A stretch of DNA of 64,000 nt from Amphiscolops sp. MND2022 (Eukaryota). Where the stretch lies: the NCBI GenBank assembly GCA_964187785.1, contig OZ076409.1, forward strand, positions 67,396,001 through 67,460,000, read 5' to 3'. The translations under genes were made by a program, and so were the position numbers. The notes under the pieces were generated by a model that did no database searches, was not told the origin of the DNA, and saw only the letters and a program-made list of their open reading frames with translations. Numbering within the stretch: the first letter of the stretch is position 1; each line of letters begins with the position of its first letter. This document shows, one piece after another, positions 1 through 13,226 of this stretch.

Positions 1-368
1 ATAATATAAACTAATTGCAAAAATGATTGTCGATTTTAGAAGTAACGTGACTTTTTTCCAAATGATCTTGAGTGTGAACGAACTGAAGTTATAGGTATCA
101 TTCATCTATCAATTTTATGGATAATTTACATTCCATCATGGTTGAAACTGCTAGAACTATGTACAGAGTTTTTTAGGTTCCCAAGCAAATTTATCAATAA
201 GTTATCAAACTCTCACGGTAACTTTCATGAATCAACTTTTCACTGACTCAATTGAATTCTATCGAGCCGCCAATAAGATGCATCCAAAGTTTGGCTGCAA
301 ATCAGAGCCATGAAGTGTTACAAGTTTTGATATACATCCATTCTTATTTTAAATGCTGCTGAATTATT

Positions 369-778
369 ATAAGTCGGCGCTTCATATAGTGAAGCGCGAC
401 TATAGTAGTTGCTTTTTTTTCAGTCCACACGAACTGACCAAAATAATTCCTAAAAGTTCTACAATTAATAAAGGTGTAATATTGGACCATTTGGCCCAGG
501 GAACTTAACCAAAAGAGTTGTTCCATTTTTTAGCGTAACATACAATACCAGGCGAGACCAGGCCTTTCAGTTTTTTTTTGGCATTGTGAGACTTTTTTCT
601 GAAATTTTTCATTGAATTCAAAGGTTCCCCATCAAATAGCTAGCGTGTCCCGGCGCGCCCATTCGGTCCAACTTTGGGTTTTTCGGGTACTGTAAACGGG
701 ACAACTTGACAGTTTGAAGTCTTTTTGCTATTTTTGAGCCTCAGATATGGCGCCGACCTATGCCGTTTCCGGCTTGTT
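369..778 (+). mobile_element. Non-autonomous Helentron-type element (HINE/DINE-1-like family), copy 1
   Basis: 5' hairpin containing the subterminal repeat (AGTCGGCGCTTCA-TATAG-TGAAGCGCGACT). 3' inverted subterminal repeat GGCGCCGACCT, then hairpin GCCG-TTTC-CGGC and TTGTT. No TSD. Internal modules shared with other copies in the window. Confidence 0.6.
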
Positions 779-1769
779 AATTTTTTCCGCTGTTTTTTGC
801 AAATCAACTTTTCGTTATTATAAGTTTCAACTCAAGTTATAAGTTTTAAAGAAGCGTGAAATTTGACTAACTGTGATTACACAAAAAGGAACATATTAGA
901 AAATGAAGTGTACAAACACAGTGACCAAAACAGTGGAGGAGTGGAAGAAGTTTCAGTTTTATTTGAAATAGTTGAACCTGCAATGTAATCCTACAAAGTT
1001 TTTCCAAGCAGGTACGCAGAATTTCCCATGGTGTGTAAAAAACAGCCTTGCATGCATGGAAGCAGCTCGAAAAACGTCCCAGCAGGTTCAACTAGGTTAT
1101 TTATATTAAGCAACGAAGATCAACAGTGTAGATGGTTAAATGGACAGGAAATATTATTGTCTGCCTATACCACTTTCGCTGTTTTAGAATCTTACCGCTG
1201 AAAACGATTATTGTAGTGAATGGCAAAAGTAGTTGTTTTGGCATTCCCTAGTTGACTCTGCTGGAAAGTTGTTCTTGCTGCTTCCTTACAAGGCTAATTT
1301 TTTAAAGAACAAAACAGAAACTACAGTGAAGGGAGCCTACTTGCGAAACTTTTACAGCATTACAATGCAGCTTCCACTATTTCGAATAAAACTCAAAATG
1401 TCTCATCTTTTCATTTCGTCGATCAATTTGTTTTCACACGTTAAATGCTGAAGTACGCTTCTCATGAAATCACCGTATTTAAATATGATGCCACTTTGAA
1501 ACTAAACCTATAACGTGACTGTTTATTTCTGATAAAATAGTGGTGTATTTGATGGTGTGGAAAATTGCCCGATTCTTACAGTGGGTAGTTTTTTTAGACG
1601 TAAGGTCCACTTTGTTGTTGATTAGTTCAACTTCAACTTCGGAAATCCAAAAGATACTCGAAACGTGAAAATCTCTTTTTCAAAACAAAACCGACTTCCA
1701 GAATCTCGAAAACATACTAAATAGCTCCTTTCTGCTTTTTGGGGGTTGGGTTTTCAACTTCATTTTTTC

Positions 1770-2140
1770 CCGAAAATTTTTGAATGTCTTCAAAGGGTCC
1801 CCCTTCAATTTTTGATGTTGTACAACAATTTGGATTTTCAGAAGCCCAAAGAGTCCCCCCTTTACACTTTTTTTGGCATTGTGAAATTTTCTCACTACCA
1901 GCACGCTACATCCAATTTTTTTAAGGCTGTGGATATTCCGGCACTTTTTCCACTTTGAATGTTTTTATCAAGCGCCTCGAAGTTGACTAGAAACGAAACG
2001 TTTTGCGAGCATAGAGGACTCCTTATGGTTTTGTGGAAAAAGTGGATTCCGAGTTTTATTGAGCATGAAAATCATTTCTTGGGTGTCTTACAAATGTTTT
2101 CTGAGCTTTTCATAAAAACGTCTTGGGCATATTTTAAAAA
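1770..2140 (+). repeat. Internal fragment of the same HINE-like family
   Basis: Shares AAAGGGTCCCCCTTCAATTTTT, TTTTGGCATTGTGA and CTAGAAACGAAAC..TTTTGCGAGCATA modules with the copies at 51923-52886 and 53737-54227. Termini not seen; boundaries approximate. Confidence 0.5.
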
Positions 2141-2371
2141 TTTCAGCCAAATTTAGGATGCATCTTGTAAGCATATATGATAAAATCCAATTGAGTCAGT
2201 GAAATTTAGGCATTGACGTTTCCTTGACTTTTATAAAATCATGATAAATTAGCTTTGCAACAAACAAAATTCTGTGAAACGTTCAAGCTGTTTTACCCAG
2301 GGTTGTTGAAGAAGATTTTAATTAGGTAAATACAGTCGTTCTTGGGTTTTCTAAATTGATTAGATGTACTA

Positions 2372-2880
2372 CCTTAGTCGAACCTGTCGGAAAGTTTTCC
2401 ATGTTGCATCCATGCATGCTTTCTAAATTTTTGATACTCAGAAAATACTAAAAGCACACATGGAGAAACTTTGTAAGATAACAATGCATCTTTCACTATT
2501 TCAATTAAAACTGAAAACATTTCCACGTCTTCACTGCCGCGATCACTTTGTTTTCACGCGTAAATTTCTCAAGCCGGTCCGTATGTAATCACCGTTAGTC
2601 AGATAGCACACTGAATGTGACGCTACTTTGAAACTTGAAATGTGACGGAAGTCTATTTGCATTGAAGTCGCGGTAAATTTATTGAGGTCACAGCTGCTTT
2701 CAAAGTTAGAATGGCTTCTTAATTAAACTTGCAATACTTCGTGTCTCCGAATTTCCGCCAAATTTAGGATGCATCTTTTAGGCAGCTTGGTAAAATTGAA
2801 TCGAATCAGTGAAACTTTAATGCATGAAAGTCTCTTTGAGATACTTATAAAATGATGAAAAATTCGCTTGATTAATACGA
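2372..2880 (+). mobile_element. TA-flanked MITE-like dispersed repeat (CATGCATG / TTTAGGATGCATC family)
   Basis: Starts TA|CCTTAGTCGA. Motifs CCATGCATGC and AAATTTAGGATGCATCTT recur at about 130-350(-), 790-1096(-), 2140-2302, 16800-17306, inside each 822-bp unit, and (left part only) 60268-60490. Right boundary approximate. Confidence 0.5.
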
Positions 2881-3021
2881 ATGGATAAAAAATTAATCTA
2901 TGTGTCTTAGCACAGGTGAGATTTCCGTTTCGCCGAGTACACCCAAATTCTCAAAAAGAGCAATGGGGAATCTTGAATAACTAGTGAAAAGGAAGAACTA
3001 AAACTTGAATAGTTATTTCAA

Positions 3022-3070
3022 ATTATGAGACAACCATGATCACAAGTTGTGATCATGGTTGTCTCATAAT
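3022..3070. repeat. Perfect 49-bp palindrome (24-bp arms, 1-nt spacer)
   Basis: ATTATGAGACAACCATGATCACAA-G-TTGTGATCATGGTTGTCTCATAAT. Confidence 0.95.
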
Positions 3071-3908
3071 GCACATAGCTCCACAATGTTTCCCGAACAG
3101 TATTTTCTTGGGAAATGGCTCAGAATTAACCAAACACATTAACCGTTAAGTCATTTTTTCGTCATCTCTGTTCATCAAAACCCGAAAACGGCCCAACCCA
3201 AATTTACCTTAAATCGGAATATGGGACACCGAAAGTCTTGTATGCAAAAACAACATACCTGAAGGAGTTACACTACGGAGCACGGAGCAGTTAGCATTTC
3301 GAAAACTAAGTTTTGCCTCCCACCAATTCATGTGAATTAACCATCTGGGATCACAAACATTCTCTACACACATTCTTAGGAAATCTCTCGAAAAAGGCTT
3401 ATTAACTCAAGTTTAAATTTCACGCAACGAAATTGATTGAAGCGAAAATCTTTCTAGTTTCTTAAGAAAGGAAAAACAGCAAATCCCTGTAAAAATAAAG
3501 ATGGACATGGAGAGCTATTACTGTGGTCAGTATTCATTTCAAAAGAATAGAATTTCCCAATGACCTTTTTCGAGTTTACTCACTTCTAAAATGAAATTTT
3601 GGTGTTTTTTGACCGTTTACAATTGAACTACGACTCCTTTGGCGAAGGATTTTTTTGCAAATTTGAAACCGTTTTTAGTCGGCGGCTTTATTATTAAAAG
3701 AGCCCGACTATTACAGTCACTCGTTTTTTTTCGAAATTTTTGTTCAGTTTGTTCAACTAAACGAATACGTGAGAAACGCATCTAAGTTATTGCAAAGGGT
3801 CTCCCTTTCAGTTTTTACTTTTTAACCGTAACATACAAAACCGGATGAGACCAAAGGGTCCCCCTTTCAATTTTTTTTCGGCGCTGTGAGATTTTTTTTC
3901 GACTTTTT

Positions 3909-4157
3909 TGTTGTTGTTTGAAGAGTTGTTTTTTATGAAATGATTGAATTAAATTTGATAATGACAAGACAGTTTTTATTCAGTGAGAAGAGAAGAGTAG
4001 AACAAACTTGACTCTTGAAATAAATTGGGAAAGTGTGAATAAACGTGGCAGAAAATCAACAGTTCAAACTTATTCATACGTAATTTCATGTGTCGAATTC
4101 TGATTGGTTAATTCGAAAGTTAGCATCACAAACGAATATTTTTAGAAAGCATCAACA
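3909..4157 (-). repeat. 3' LTR of the BEL/Pao element (249 bp)
   Basis: TGTTG...CAACA. About 8 substitutions and 3 indels versus 9869-10112 by eye. Confidence 0.93.
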
Positions 4158-4683
4158 TATGTCGCCCGGGTTGAAGTCCTTCAATAAAAAGAGTTCCATT
4201 TTCAGATGCTTCATGGCACATTTTGTCGATAACGACAGTGAGAAAAGAGGAGTGGGAGGAAGCGGCGAGTAGATCCCTTCAAAGAGAGCCACGGATATGG
4301 TTTGCGAGCCAATGATTCTGCGAAGTTACCGGAATTCGAGATCTTCCCCATTTTTTCTTGAATAACTGGCTGATCAGCAATCATTTATAGCTTCAAGAAC
4401 GAAGTTTATGCTATAAAATGCATCTTGTGATAAGTTGAAATGTATATGAAGTAGTCAGTAATCCAGTAGAAGGCATGCATTTTTGATCATAAGATAACAA
4501 CGACTTGAACTAGGATAATGAATCGATAATTCCGATAAACTAGAGACTAATAGGGAGCGAGTAGGCTATTTCCCGCGGTCCGTATCCCAAACGGGTCATG
4601 AGGGGATACTTTTTGCCGCTGTGGGTTGACAGAAGAAACAAGATATAACGAAAATAACCAAAGTATTCTGTCACTTTCTTCCC

Positions 4684-7600
4684 TCAAGGACCACTGGGGG
4701 TTCTGTCCACGATGGATTCAGCTAGAGGTAGCTTTCTGAGTTTAATTACAGGTCGATTGAAGGTTTTCTTTGACGTTTTGATCTCTGCTACCCTCGGAAT
4801 TTCATCATTTCCGTTAAATAGTTTCGAGACTCTGGCAAGTTTCCACACAAGTGGGGCTTCGTTATCTTCAGCAACCAGTACAAGGTCGCCCACGTTTATA
4901 CAAGGTCCAGTGCGAAACCATTTCTTCCGTATTTGAAGTTCCACAAGGTAGTCTCTGCTCCACGACTTCCAGAAATCTTGTTGAATTGGTTGAAGGAGTT
5001 TTAGTCTCTGTCCTGCGGGTACATCTATTTCTTCTCTGGCTATTGAAAGTAGCGAGTCTCCAATGATGAAGTGTGCGGGCGTTATAGCTCGACAGTCATT
5101 GGGGTCATCGGACATTGGAAAGAGTGGCCTTGAGTTTGAGATTGCTTCAATTTGCTGGAGAATTTTCAGGAGTTCTTCATATTTCAATGTTTGAAGTCCG
5201 AGAATGCGTCTTAGATGTCTCTTCATACACTTTACGGCGGCTTCCCATATACCACCGAAGTGTGGTGCTCGATGGGGAATCGTAACCCATTCAGTGCCTT
5301 GACCTGTCAAATGTCTCAGAAGTTGTTTGCCTTCAACGGTCTCTTTGTTAAGAAGTGCTTGAATTCGTAGGAAATCATTTCTGGCCCCAATGAAGTTGCT
5401 TCCATTGTCTGTTATAATCTTCTTAGGGGTTCCTCTTCTTGATGTGAAGCGTTTGAGAGCCATTATGCAGTCCTCCTTAGTTAGGCTTGAAACTAATTCC
5501 AAATGAATGGCTTTCGTGACTAGGCAAATGAATACAGCGACATAGATCTTCGCTAGGTAGGTCAGCCATTAGTTGAGGAGTAGACTTTGATTGAAAACGG
5601 AAACATTTGACACAATTCTTGATGAAATTATTTACCGTTTTTCTTCCGTTCACCAGCCAGAATTGTTCTCGCATTGTATTGAGAGTTAGTATGCCTCCCC
5701 CATGAAGTGTAACTTCATGGTAATGACGAATTAGAAGCTCCTTTAAAGGTGAATCCTTGGCAATCAGATTGGGAAACTTCTTGTCTTCATGCAAACTCGA
5801 TTGTGCGAGACCACCTCCGACACGAAAGACATCAAGTTCTTTGTCATGAAAGGGTGACAGGTTGAGGAGAGGGGTGTTTCGTGTCAATTCAGCTTGCCTT
5901 CGCAGAATTGCGTACTCATCTGGGAACGTTTGTATCTGATCTTGTCTTATGATCTTTGCTATTGCAATTCTACGAATTTTGGTTTCTGCTAGTTGTGGGG
6001 TATGACAGTCGATTCTTATTCTCAGCACATCGATGAATCGTATGACGTTGCTGACGACGTTGATGAGCTTATTGAAGCTGCTGAGTTTTTCAGTCGGCAG
6101 AACTTGAGTACTCGAATTGAGTCTTTGACTGCTTGTGAGTGTCGTAACTTCTACAGGAGTAAATGTTCTGTTTTTGGCCTTGGAAGTTTCCTTCAGCTCA
6201 CGTTTCTCTGGTAACACAGATGAAGATTGTACATCAAGTTGAGGCCAATAAGATTTTGGGTGTGGTAGCCATTCAGGCCAGACCACCAAAGGCGAGAGTC
6301 AACGGTATCTTCAACTGAGAGTCCCCTTGAAGCCAAATCTGCTGGGTTGTCATTTGTTGGAACATGATTCCAGCTATCTCTTTTGATATTTTCTTGTATG
6401 TAGGAAACTCTGTTCGCTACAAATGTGGTCCAAGTTCGCGGGAGTTGCGATAACCACTGGAGAGTGATGGTGGAGTCTGTCCATGCGTGGAAAGATTGTT
6501 CAAGACCAGTTATCTGAAGAGTTGACATGGTAGCTTCAAGCAGTTTTGCGGCTAAGTGTGCACCACAAAGCTCAAGACGAGGCATTGAGACAACCTTCAC
6601 TGGGGCAACCTTCGTTTTAGAAGTGATCAAATGCGAGCTCACATTTCCAAAGACATCAGTGGTACGAGCATAGATGACGGCAGCATATGCCTTCTCTGAG
6701 GCATCGCAGAAAACATGGAGTTGTAAGTCTTGAATTGCATTTTTTTACAATTGCACGCGGCATTGTGATTTGAGACAACTTTTGAGATTTGAGACAGCTC
6801 GGAATAGTGCTGTAAAAACTGCTGCTTGATCGGTTCGGGAACGAGCTCGTCCCACTTGACTCCAGTCAACCAAATTTGTTGAAGTAGGATTTTGAACACG
6901 ATGATGATGGGAGACAGCCAACCCATTGGATCGTACAATTTTGCTGTAGCTGACAATAGACTACGTTTGGTGAGTACTGTGACAGCAGGTAGGTCCGTTT
7001 TGAAACATATGATGTCCAGGTTTGGTTTCCAAATGATTTTAGAGCCTTTATTTTGTAGTCGTCTGACAAGATTTCACATTCGTTAGTTGTTTCTCCCAGC
7101 TCATCGGGTAGTTCCTTAATCAATGTAGAACAGCTTGATACCCATTTACGCAGTGGGAATCCATATTTGAGGAGTTCGGAATGAAGATCTGCAATCAGTT
7201 TCCGTGCATCTTTAACAGAATTGGCTCCGCCAAGAAAATCATCCACATAGAAGGAGTGCTCCAAATGATGTTGGACATTTGGGTTGCAAGTGCGCTTGGA
7301 AACTTCTTTCAGACATCTTGTGGAATGAAAGGATGATGATGCAATGCCGTATGTCGCTCTTGTCATGCGAAAAATACGCACAGGTACGTCCTTTCTTTCA
7401 CGCCAAATGATCCGATGAAAATCCTTGTCTGGTACGTCTAAAGCAACCTGTCTGTACATTTTCTCTAAATCAGCTGACAAAGCAACAGGTACCACTCGAA
7501 AGCGCATAATGATGGAGTAAAGATCGTCCTGTACTGTTGGACCAACCATGAGAGTGTCATTTAAAGACTTTCCAGTGGAAGTCTTTGCAGATTCATCGAA

Positions 7601-9791
7601 GACAACACGAAGTTTTGTAGTGGTCGAATCGTGTTTGAATACGCAATGGTGGGTTAGGTAGAAGCTTTTGTTGTCCTCGCAGCGTGTTTCGTTCGCTGGA
7701 ACTTCCTCCACATGCCCAGTTTCCACAAATTGATCGATGAATGACTTGTAGCGCGATTTGAGCTCCGGATCTGAGTCCAGACGTTTTTCAAGTGAGTTGA
7801 ACCTTCTGTTTGCTTGATCTAAACTTTCTCCCAACTGACAATCTTGCTTGAAGGATAATTTTACAGTGGAACGGTTGTCTTGATATTTTGTCGTGTTAAC
7901 AAAATGTTGCTCACAGGCTTCTTCTTCCTTGGAGAACTGACGACCCTTTGGAATTTCCTCCAACTCCCAAAATTGCTTTAAATCAGAGTCGACTGATGAT
8001 TGGAAGGAACTAACGCTTGTCACTGATTTGCCAGGTTTCGATCCACAAATCGTCCACCCGAATACTGTTTTGCGTGCGTAGATACCATCACACACTTTGG
8101 TTCTTTCGTTTCCAATGACTTGTTCATAAAGATCAATTCCGATGATGATATCAATATTAGAAGGTTTTGCAAAGCTTGGATCAGAAAGCTTGATATTTGG
8201 AAACTTGATTAGCTCTGGTACCTTCAGCGGACTGGATGGAATAGCATATGTCAGTCGTGGTAAAATGAATGCTGAAACATCGTAGGAGATGGAATTTTCA
8301 TCAACAATTGTCAGATCAGTCTTTCCACGGGTAGTTGATTTTGATGAACATCCAATGCCATTGATAATTATCTCGGATTTGAGTCGTTTCAGCTGCAAAC
8401 GTTGTACACATTCCTCACTAATAAATGTCAATTCCGATCCACTATCCAGAAGTGCTCGACACTTGTGAGCAATACCAGTTTTCGACATGACTGACACTTC
8501 CACTGTAGGTAAGATGTGTTTCGCAGAAATTATCCCCTCGTGACCCAAATGCGAATTGGCCACGAGGATCTGTTCAGTTTGCTCACCAGGGGTGTGTAGC
8601 AGGGTATTGTGCAGTTTTTGACACTTCTGACACCTTGACTTGGATTTGCAGGCCTTAGAAATGTGACCTGGTCGTAAACAATTGAAACACAACTTCTTGA
8701 TTTTGATAAATTTCTGTTTGTCTTCATAACTCATAATCTTGAAATTATCACACTGGTGTAGTTTATGTCCCTCGGAGCAGTTGATGCAAGACACGCTAGC
8801 AGTAGAGCCTTGGTAACCTTGAACCTTGTTTGATTCTTGATTTTTCTTGACTAACTTGCTTGATGATGCTGAGGCTTCAAGTGCTCGGGCTCTATCTTCA
8901 AAAATTGCTTTAGGCTGTCCATGCTCTGAGCATCATCGCCCTTGCTGTGAAGTTCCCATTGTCTGCGGCTCTGGGTGGCCAACTTTTTTGCTATGATGTG
9001 AACCCAGATGAAATCTGATGGTCCGACATCTAATCCCATTCCTTGTAGGGCCATCGTGTTTTCCATGAAATTGCTAATCAATTTCCGCAGCTGATCAGGC
9101 GATTCTTCTTTGATCGGACGAAAATCAAAGATGGCTTCTGGATGAGTGTGAATTATCATTTGTTTGTTCGCATACCTGTCTTGAAGAAGTTTTTTGGCAA
9201 CTTCGTAATTCGCACTGGAAGTAGGGAAATGCGATAGAAGACGAGCAGGCTCGTCTTTCAGCGAAGACTTGAGATAGTGGAGTTTCTGAATGTTGCTAAG
9301 CGTACGATTGCTGTCCACAGTGCTGTTGAATGTGTCTGAGAATGGTGTCCACTCAGAGTATTTCCCAGTAAATGTAGGAAGACTGAGTTTCGGCAGCTTT
9401 AATCCAGAAGTGGATGTTTGTTGATTATCTTCAGTCACAGTCTGTGGTTGTCTCGGGGCAGCGTCAGCAGCCTGTTCGATCCGTTCTTTGGCCATTTCAA
9501 GCGCTTTGATCGTTGTTTTGATCCTGAGATCATTGTCATCAATTCTAGACTTTTCAGCTTCGATCTCTTCCGAGATTGTGTTACCTTCAGTCAATTCGTT
9601 GATGATGCGTTCGTTTAATTCTTCAATCTTGGACACTTGTTCCCTGCACCTTTCAAGAAAACACTTGATCTTTGAGATTCCCAGCAGCGTTAGTGTGCTA
9701 GGTTCCTTCTCAAGGATTTCTTTCACTGAGTTTTCTGTCCTGGTAATTGTTCCGAGATGGCCAGATCTCGTTTTTTCAAAGCTTCAGCCAT
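4684..9791 (-). pseudogene. BEL/Pao gag-pol polyprotein, frameshifted and partly deleted
   Basis: Gag LKLPKLSLPTFTGKYSEW; three Cys/His knuckles (CINCSEGH, CFNCLRPGHISKAC, CQKCQKLHNTLLH); protease RALLDSGS; RT KLRVVFD..YVDD; RNase H region PRLELCGA..WTDS..NPADLASRG; integrase HHEVTLHGG..CVKC, TDNGSNF, GGIWEAAVK; C-terminal FWKSWSRDYLVELQIRKKW. Split over at least 7 ORFs. Confidence 0.93.
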
Positions 9792-9848
9792 TTCAAATTT
9801 AATAATCCTTCTGTTCAATAGATTGAATTTCCAAGTTTCGAAATTCCT

Positions 9849-9865
9849 GGGTAAGCGCGGCACCA
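9849..9865 (-). promoter_or_regulatory. Primer-binding site of the BEL element
   Basis: TGGTGCCGCGCTTACCC, 3 nt inside the 5' LTR on the - strand. The cognate tRNA cannot be assigned by eye. Confidence 0.65.
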
Positions 9866-9868
9866 AAA

Positions 9869-10112
9869 TGTTGTTGTTGGAAGAGCTGTTTTTATGAAAT
9901 GATTGAATTAAATTTGATAATGACAAGACAGTTTTTATTCAGAGAGAAGAGTAGAACAAACTTGACTCTTGAAATAAAGTGGGAAAGTGTGAAAAAAGGT
10001 GGCAGAAAATCAACAGTTCAAACTTATACATACGTAATTTCATGTGTCGAATTCTGATTGGTTAATTCGAAAGTTAGCATCACAAACGAGTATTTTTTAG
10101 AAAGCATCAACA
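9869..10112 (-). repeat. 5' LTR of the BEL/Pao element (244 bp)
   Basis: Direct repeat of 3909-4157. Contains AATAAA on the - strand. Confidence 0.93.
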
Positions 10113-11197
10113 TTTTTGTCTTCAAATGCCCCCCCTTCGATTTTATTGAAGTCCCGCCTCGCAGTATCCGGAATTAAGGCGCTATATCCGAACTTTTGAC
10201 GTTATATCCGAACTATATTGCGTTTTGTAAGGAGGAGGCAGAGGTCTGGAAACAAGAGTTTTTCATGAAAACGTCCTACGCATATTTCAAATCTGCGCTT
10301 TTTGAGATAGCCTTAGATAGCGCCGATTTTAGACGTTCCCGTCTTGTTGTTGTAAATCAACACTTGTTTGAGCTTATCATAATCCGATAACTCACGGGTT
10401 TCTTGACCACGCTGTTCATAATCTGAGCATAGTAAAATACGATTCAAGTCATACAGTTTTTTTTGTAAGATCCGGTATCACAAATGGTCAGAACCATGGT
10501 CAGCTTGGTATCAAATTTATTCATATCCCATTCATTGATCGACATGCCCTCGCATTGCCCTGATAATTGGTTACATGCTATTTATACTGATAATTTCAAG
10601 GAGAAAAAGTTTTCAGATTTTGAAGCTGGAAATGTTCGTGGGATTCGTGTGAGTAAGCAATTTTTGACCTTATATGTCCAAAAACTACGCTGCCAGTCCA
10701 AACTTCGTAAATTCCCAGGTAGAATTCAAAACGAAAATAATTTACACGTAACAAACATGTCAGCCACTCTTTCTTTTAATAAATAGTTCAGTGTCATTAC
10801 TTTTCCCAGTGATTTGTGCTATATTTGCTATCGTCGTTTATGAATAAATTAAACGAAGATATTGAAAAAGTGGTTCCATTCTTGTAGTGGAAATTACGGC
10901 ATTGGTTAGCGAAACCAAAAAGAAATCATCTTTGATGCGTGAAATGATTTACGTTATCCCAAAATGTCATTCATGGAAACGGATGGATTGTATGCTCCAA
11001 TATGCAGTCATTCTGGTTACCATACACATGTATGAACCTACTTTGATTAACCTGAAATCATACTGTGTTTGACAGATTTTGATGCACCACTTATAGGAAA
11101 AAAGGGAAACTCCAGCAGACCTAAATAAAGTTGATCGGTACTGACATTTTACCACCATCGAATTCGATTCACTTCATATGATTTTTTTTCGTTTCAG

Positions 11198-11416
11198 AAA
11201 ACTGAAGAAGGAGGTGCAAGAACTGAAGCAGAAAAGTGCACTTAGACCCGGCGATGACGCAGACAGGATCTGTGTACGATGCAGGTCCGAGTTGGGCCTC
11301 ATTCTCAACACGGGCGCCGAGTGCTTCAAGTGCCACTTCATGGTCTGCAGAAACTGTCGAGTCGTCGTCACTGAGGACGGGCTCACCTGGCTCTGCATCC
11401 TCTGTGCCAAACAAGC
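11198..11416 (+). CDS. SYTL4/5: Internal coding exon of a synaptotagmin-like protein (Slp4/5-type Rab effector): end of SHD1 helix plus Cys8 FYVE-like zinc finger
   Basis: tttcag| acceptor and |gtaagt donor. Encodes (R)KLKKEVQELKQK..DRICVRC..ECFKCHFMVCRNCR..WLCILCAKQ, the four-CxxC Rab-binding-domain finger. Phase 2 to phase 2. The symbol is a family-level call only. Confidence 0.88.
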
Positions 11417-13226
11417 GTAAGTACCGCTTCAACCAACCATCGATTTTTTTCACGCTCATCAATGATTCATGCTCTTTTACAGCATCAGTCAAGGTATCAG
11501 ATTCAAATGAAGAAATCTTTTCCTCAAAACATCGATGTAAGAAAATTGCATTTAGACTTATACTGGATAATACATGTCATTTTGTCTGTAAACTTTCAGC
11601 AATTATCAAAAATAAAGTGGCTGGAAACCTTTATTGAAATTTAGATAACCTCCACTCTGAAACTTTTCTTCACAAAAAAAGAGCTGGTCATTGAATGATT
11701 CTCAAAACATTCGCTTATATTAATGATATGCTTTTAGGAGCTACTTTATATGTAACTTATTTCCAACCGAACATTTTCATCCAATGAAATTTCAAGCTCG
11801 GTAGATTTTAATTTTATTGAAGCGAGAAGGTGTAGTACTGTTGAAATAGCATTGGACAAAATTTTTATGGATCCTTCAAAAAACCGAAAAGCACAAGGAA
11901 AAAGACTGCATACGATTTTTTTTTAGTTTATGGCAACTAAGACTATTCTGAAGGTAAAAAGAGCACGAGAATCCTGGAGATAGATTTCACGCCGTCAACT
12001 GATTCGTTTTGCTCAGAACTGAAAAAAAAGACACATTTTGATGTTTTCTATCGTACTTTCTAGAATTCATTAGTAAAGATTGTAAGAGGTAGTCAAGAGT
12101 TTTTGCTTAAGCATCCAACAAACAATTTTCAAGATAATTTTATGACAAAATGATTCTTATATTTAAAAATTGACACCGACTAACTGAATTATTAACAAGA
12201 CACCCACTGACCAGCAGGACATTTTCCGTCAAAACTGTTCTAGCAACGACATAAAATACTGCAGATGTCTTTTCAAAAACGGTTATTGGATACCGGGTTC
12301 AGACGTTGTGAATTATGAACTTGCTCGAATGATTTACAAAAAAAACATGAATATTTCAAAATCAAGATCATTTTGAACTTTTCGTTTTTTTTAAAAGTCG
12401 TTCTGACGAACTTTTTTCATCCAAAATTGAAAACTTCTTTTTTCAACATTCGGCAAGCCTACTTAACAAGTTTAGAGTTTTCGAATATAACGAACTTTTG
12501 GTAACTTTCATTAAAACTTCACTAATTTGTCAACGATTGCCAAACTTTGTGTTTTTTCTCCTATAAATTGCGGTCATTTTGAGACTCTTTTCTAACGCGA
12601 AACTGCAATTGACCATCAAAACGCCTACTGGATAACATAGCCTCTGAAGATATAAAAAAGTTTGACGTTTTGATTGAGTTATTAAGGTCATCCCATTTCA
12701 AAAGGAAACACTTACTTCAGGAACACACTAAATACCCTATTGATTTGTTGTCGAACTGCGTGGATACCAGTACCTAGCATCGAAAATTTCACCAACATTT
12801 GCACAAAAACGTTCAAAAACTTTTTTCGATTTTTTGACTATTTTGTTTCCTTCGGAGGTACTTTTCTTCATACAAAACTGCAAACTTTTTAAAAAAATCT
12901 TTTGCATACCTAATTGAATCGTTCAGAGCTTTTTGAAACATCTGAAATACTCTCAGAATTATTATCAAACTATACCTATTTTTTATTGAAAAGTCTTCAA
13001 ATTGCCAAAACAACGAAGAAATATGTTTTTTTTCTACTATTTTAGGGTCTTTTTGAGGCAAGTTTTTAACAAATACTGCAGGTATCTCTATTCAGACACC
13101 TACTGGATTACTATTTCTTTCGTCGTTGATGTTTTTCAGCTTCTATTTCTCAAAATCTCTCTGAAGTTCGCTCTCAAAAAATGTCCACTGTTTGGAATTT
13201 TCGGACTTTTGACTAGTATTGTGAAA

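Larger units (their letters stand above)
3909..10112 (-). mobile_element. Full-length, decayed BEL/Pao LTR retrotransposon
   Basis: Two TG..CA LTRs (3909-4157 and 9869-10112), TTTTT TSD (3904-3908 / 10113-10117), PBS-like TGGTGCCG next to the 5' LTR, and gag-PR-RT-RH-IN order with BEL-type motifs. Confidence 0.95.
3672..10348 (+). mobile_element. HINE-like element copy 2, split by the BEL/Pao insertion (3672-3908 plus 10113-10348)
   Basis: 5' end TTTTTAGTCGGCGG..AGCCCGACT at 3672. 3' end AGCGCCGATT-TT-AGACG-TTCC-CGTCT-TGTT ending 10348. The halves join across the TTTTT TSD. Confidence 0.6.

Noticed and set aside
10484..11072. ORFs and a gtgagt donor near 10648 as the missing SHD1 exon of the SYTL gene
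   Set aside because: No LSFLTEEE..I..VL.RD-like peptide in any frame I could read.
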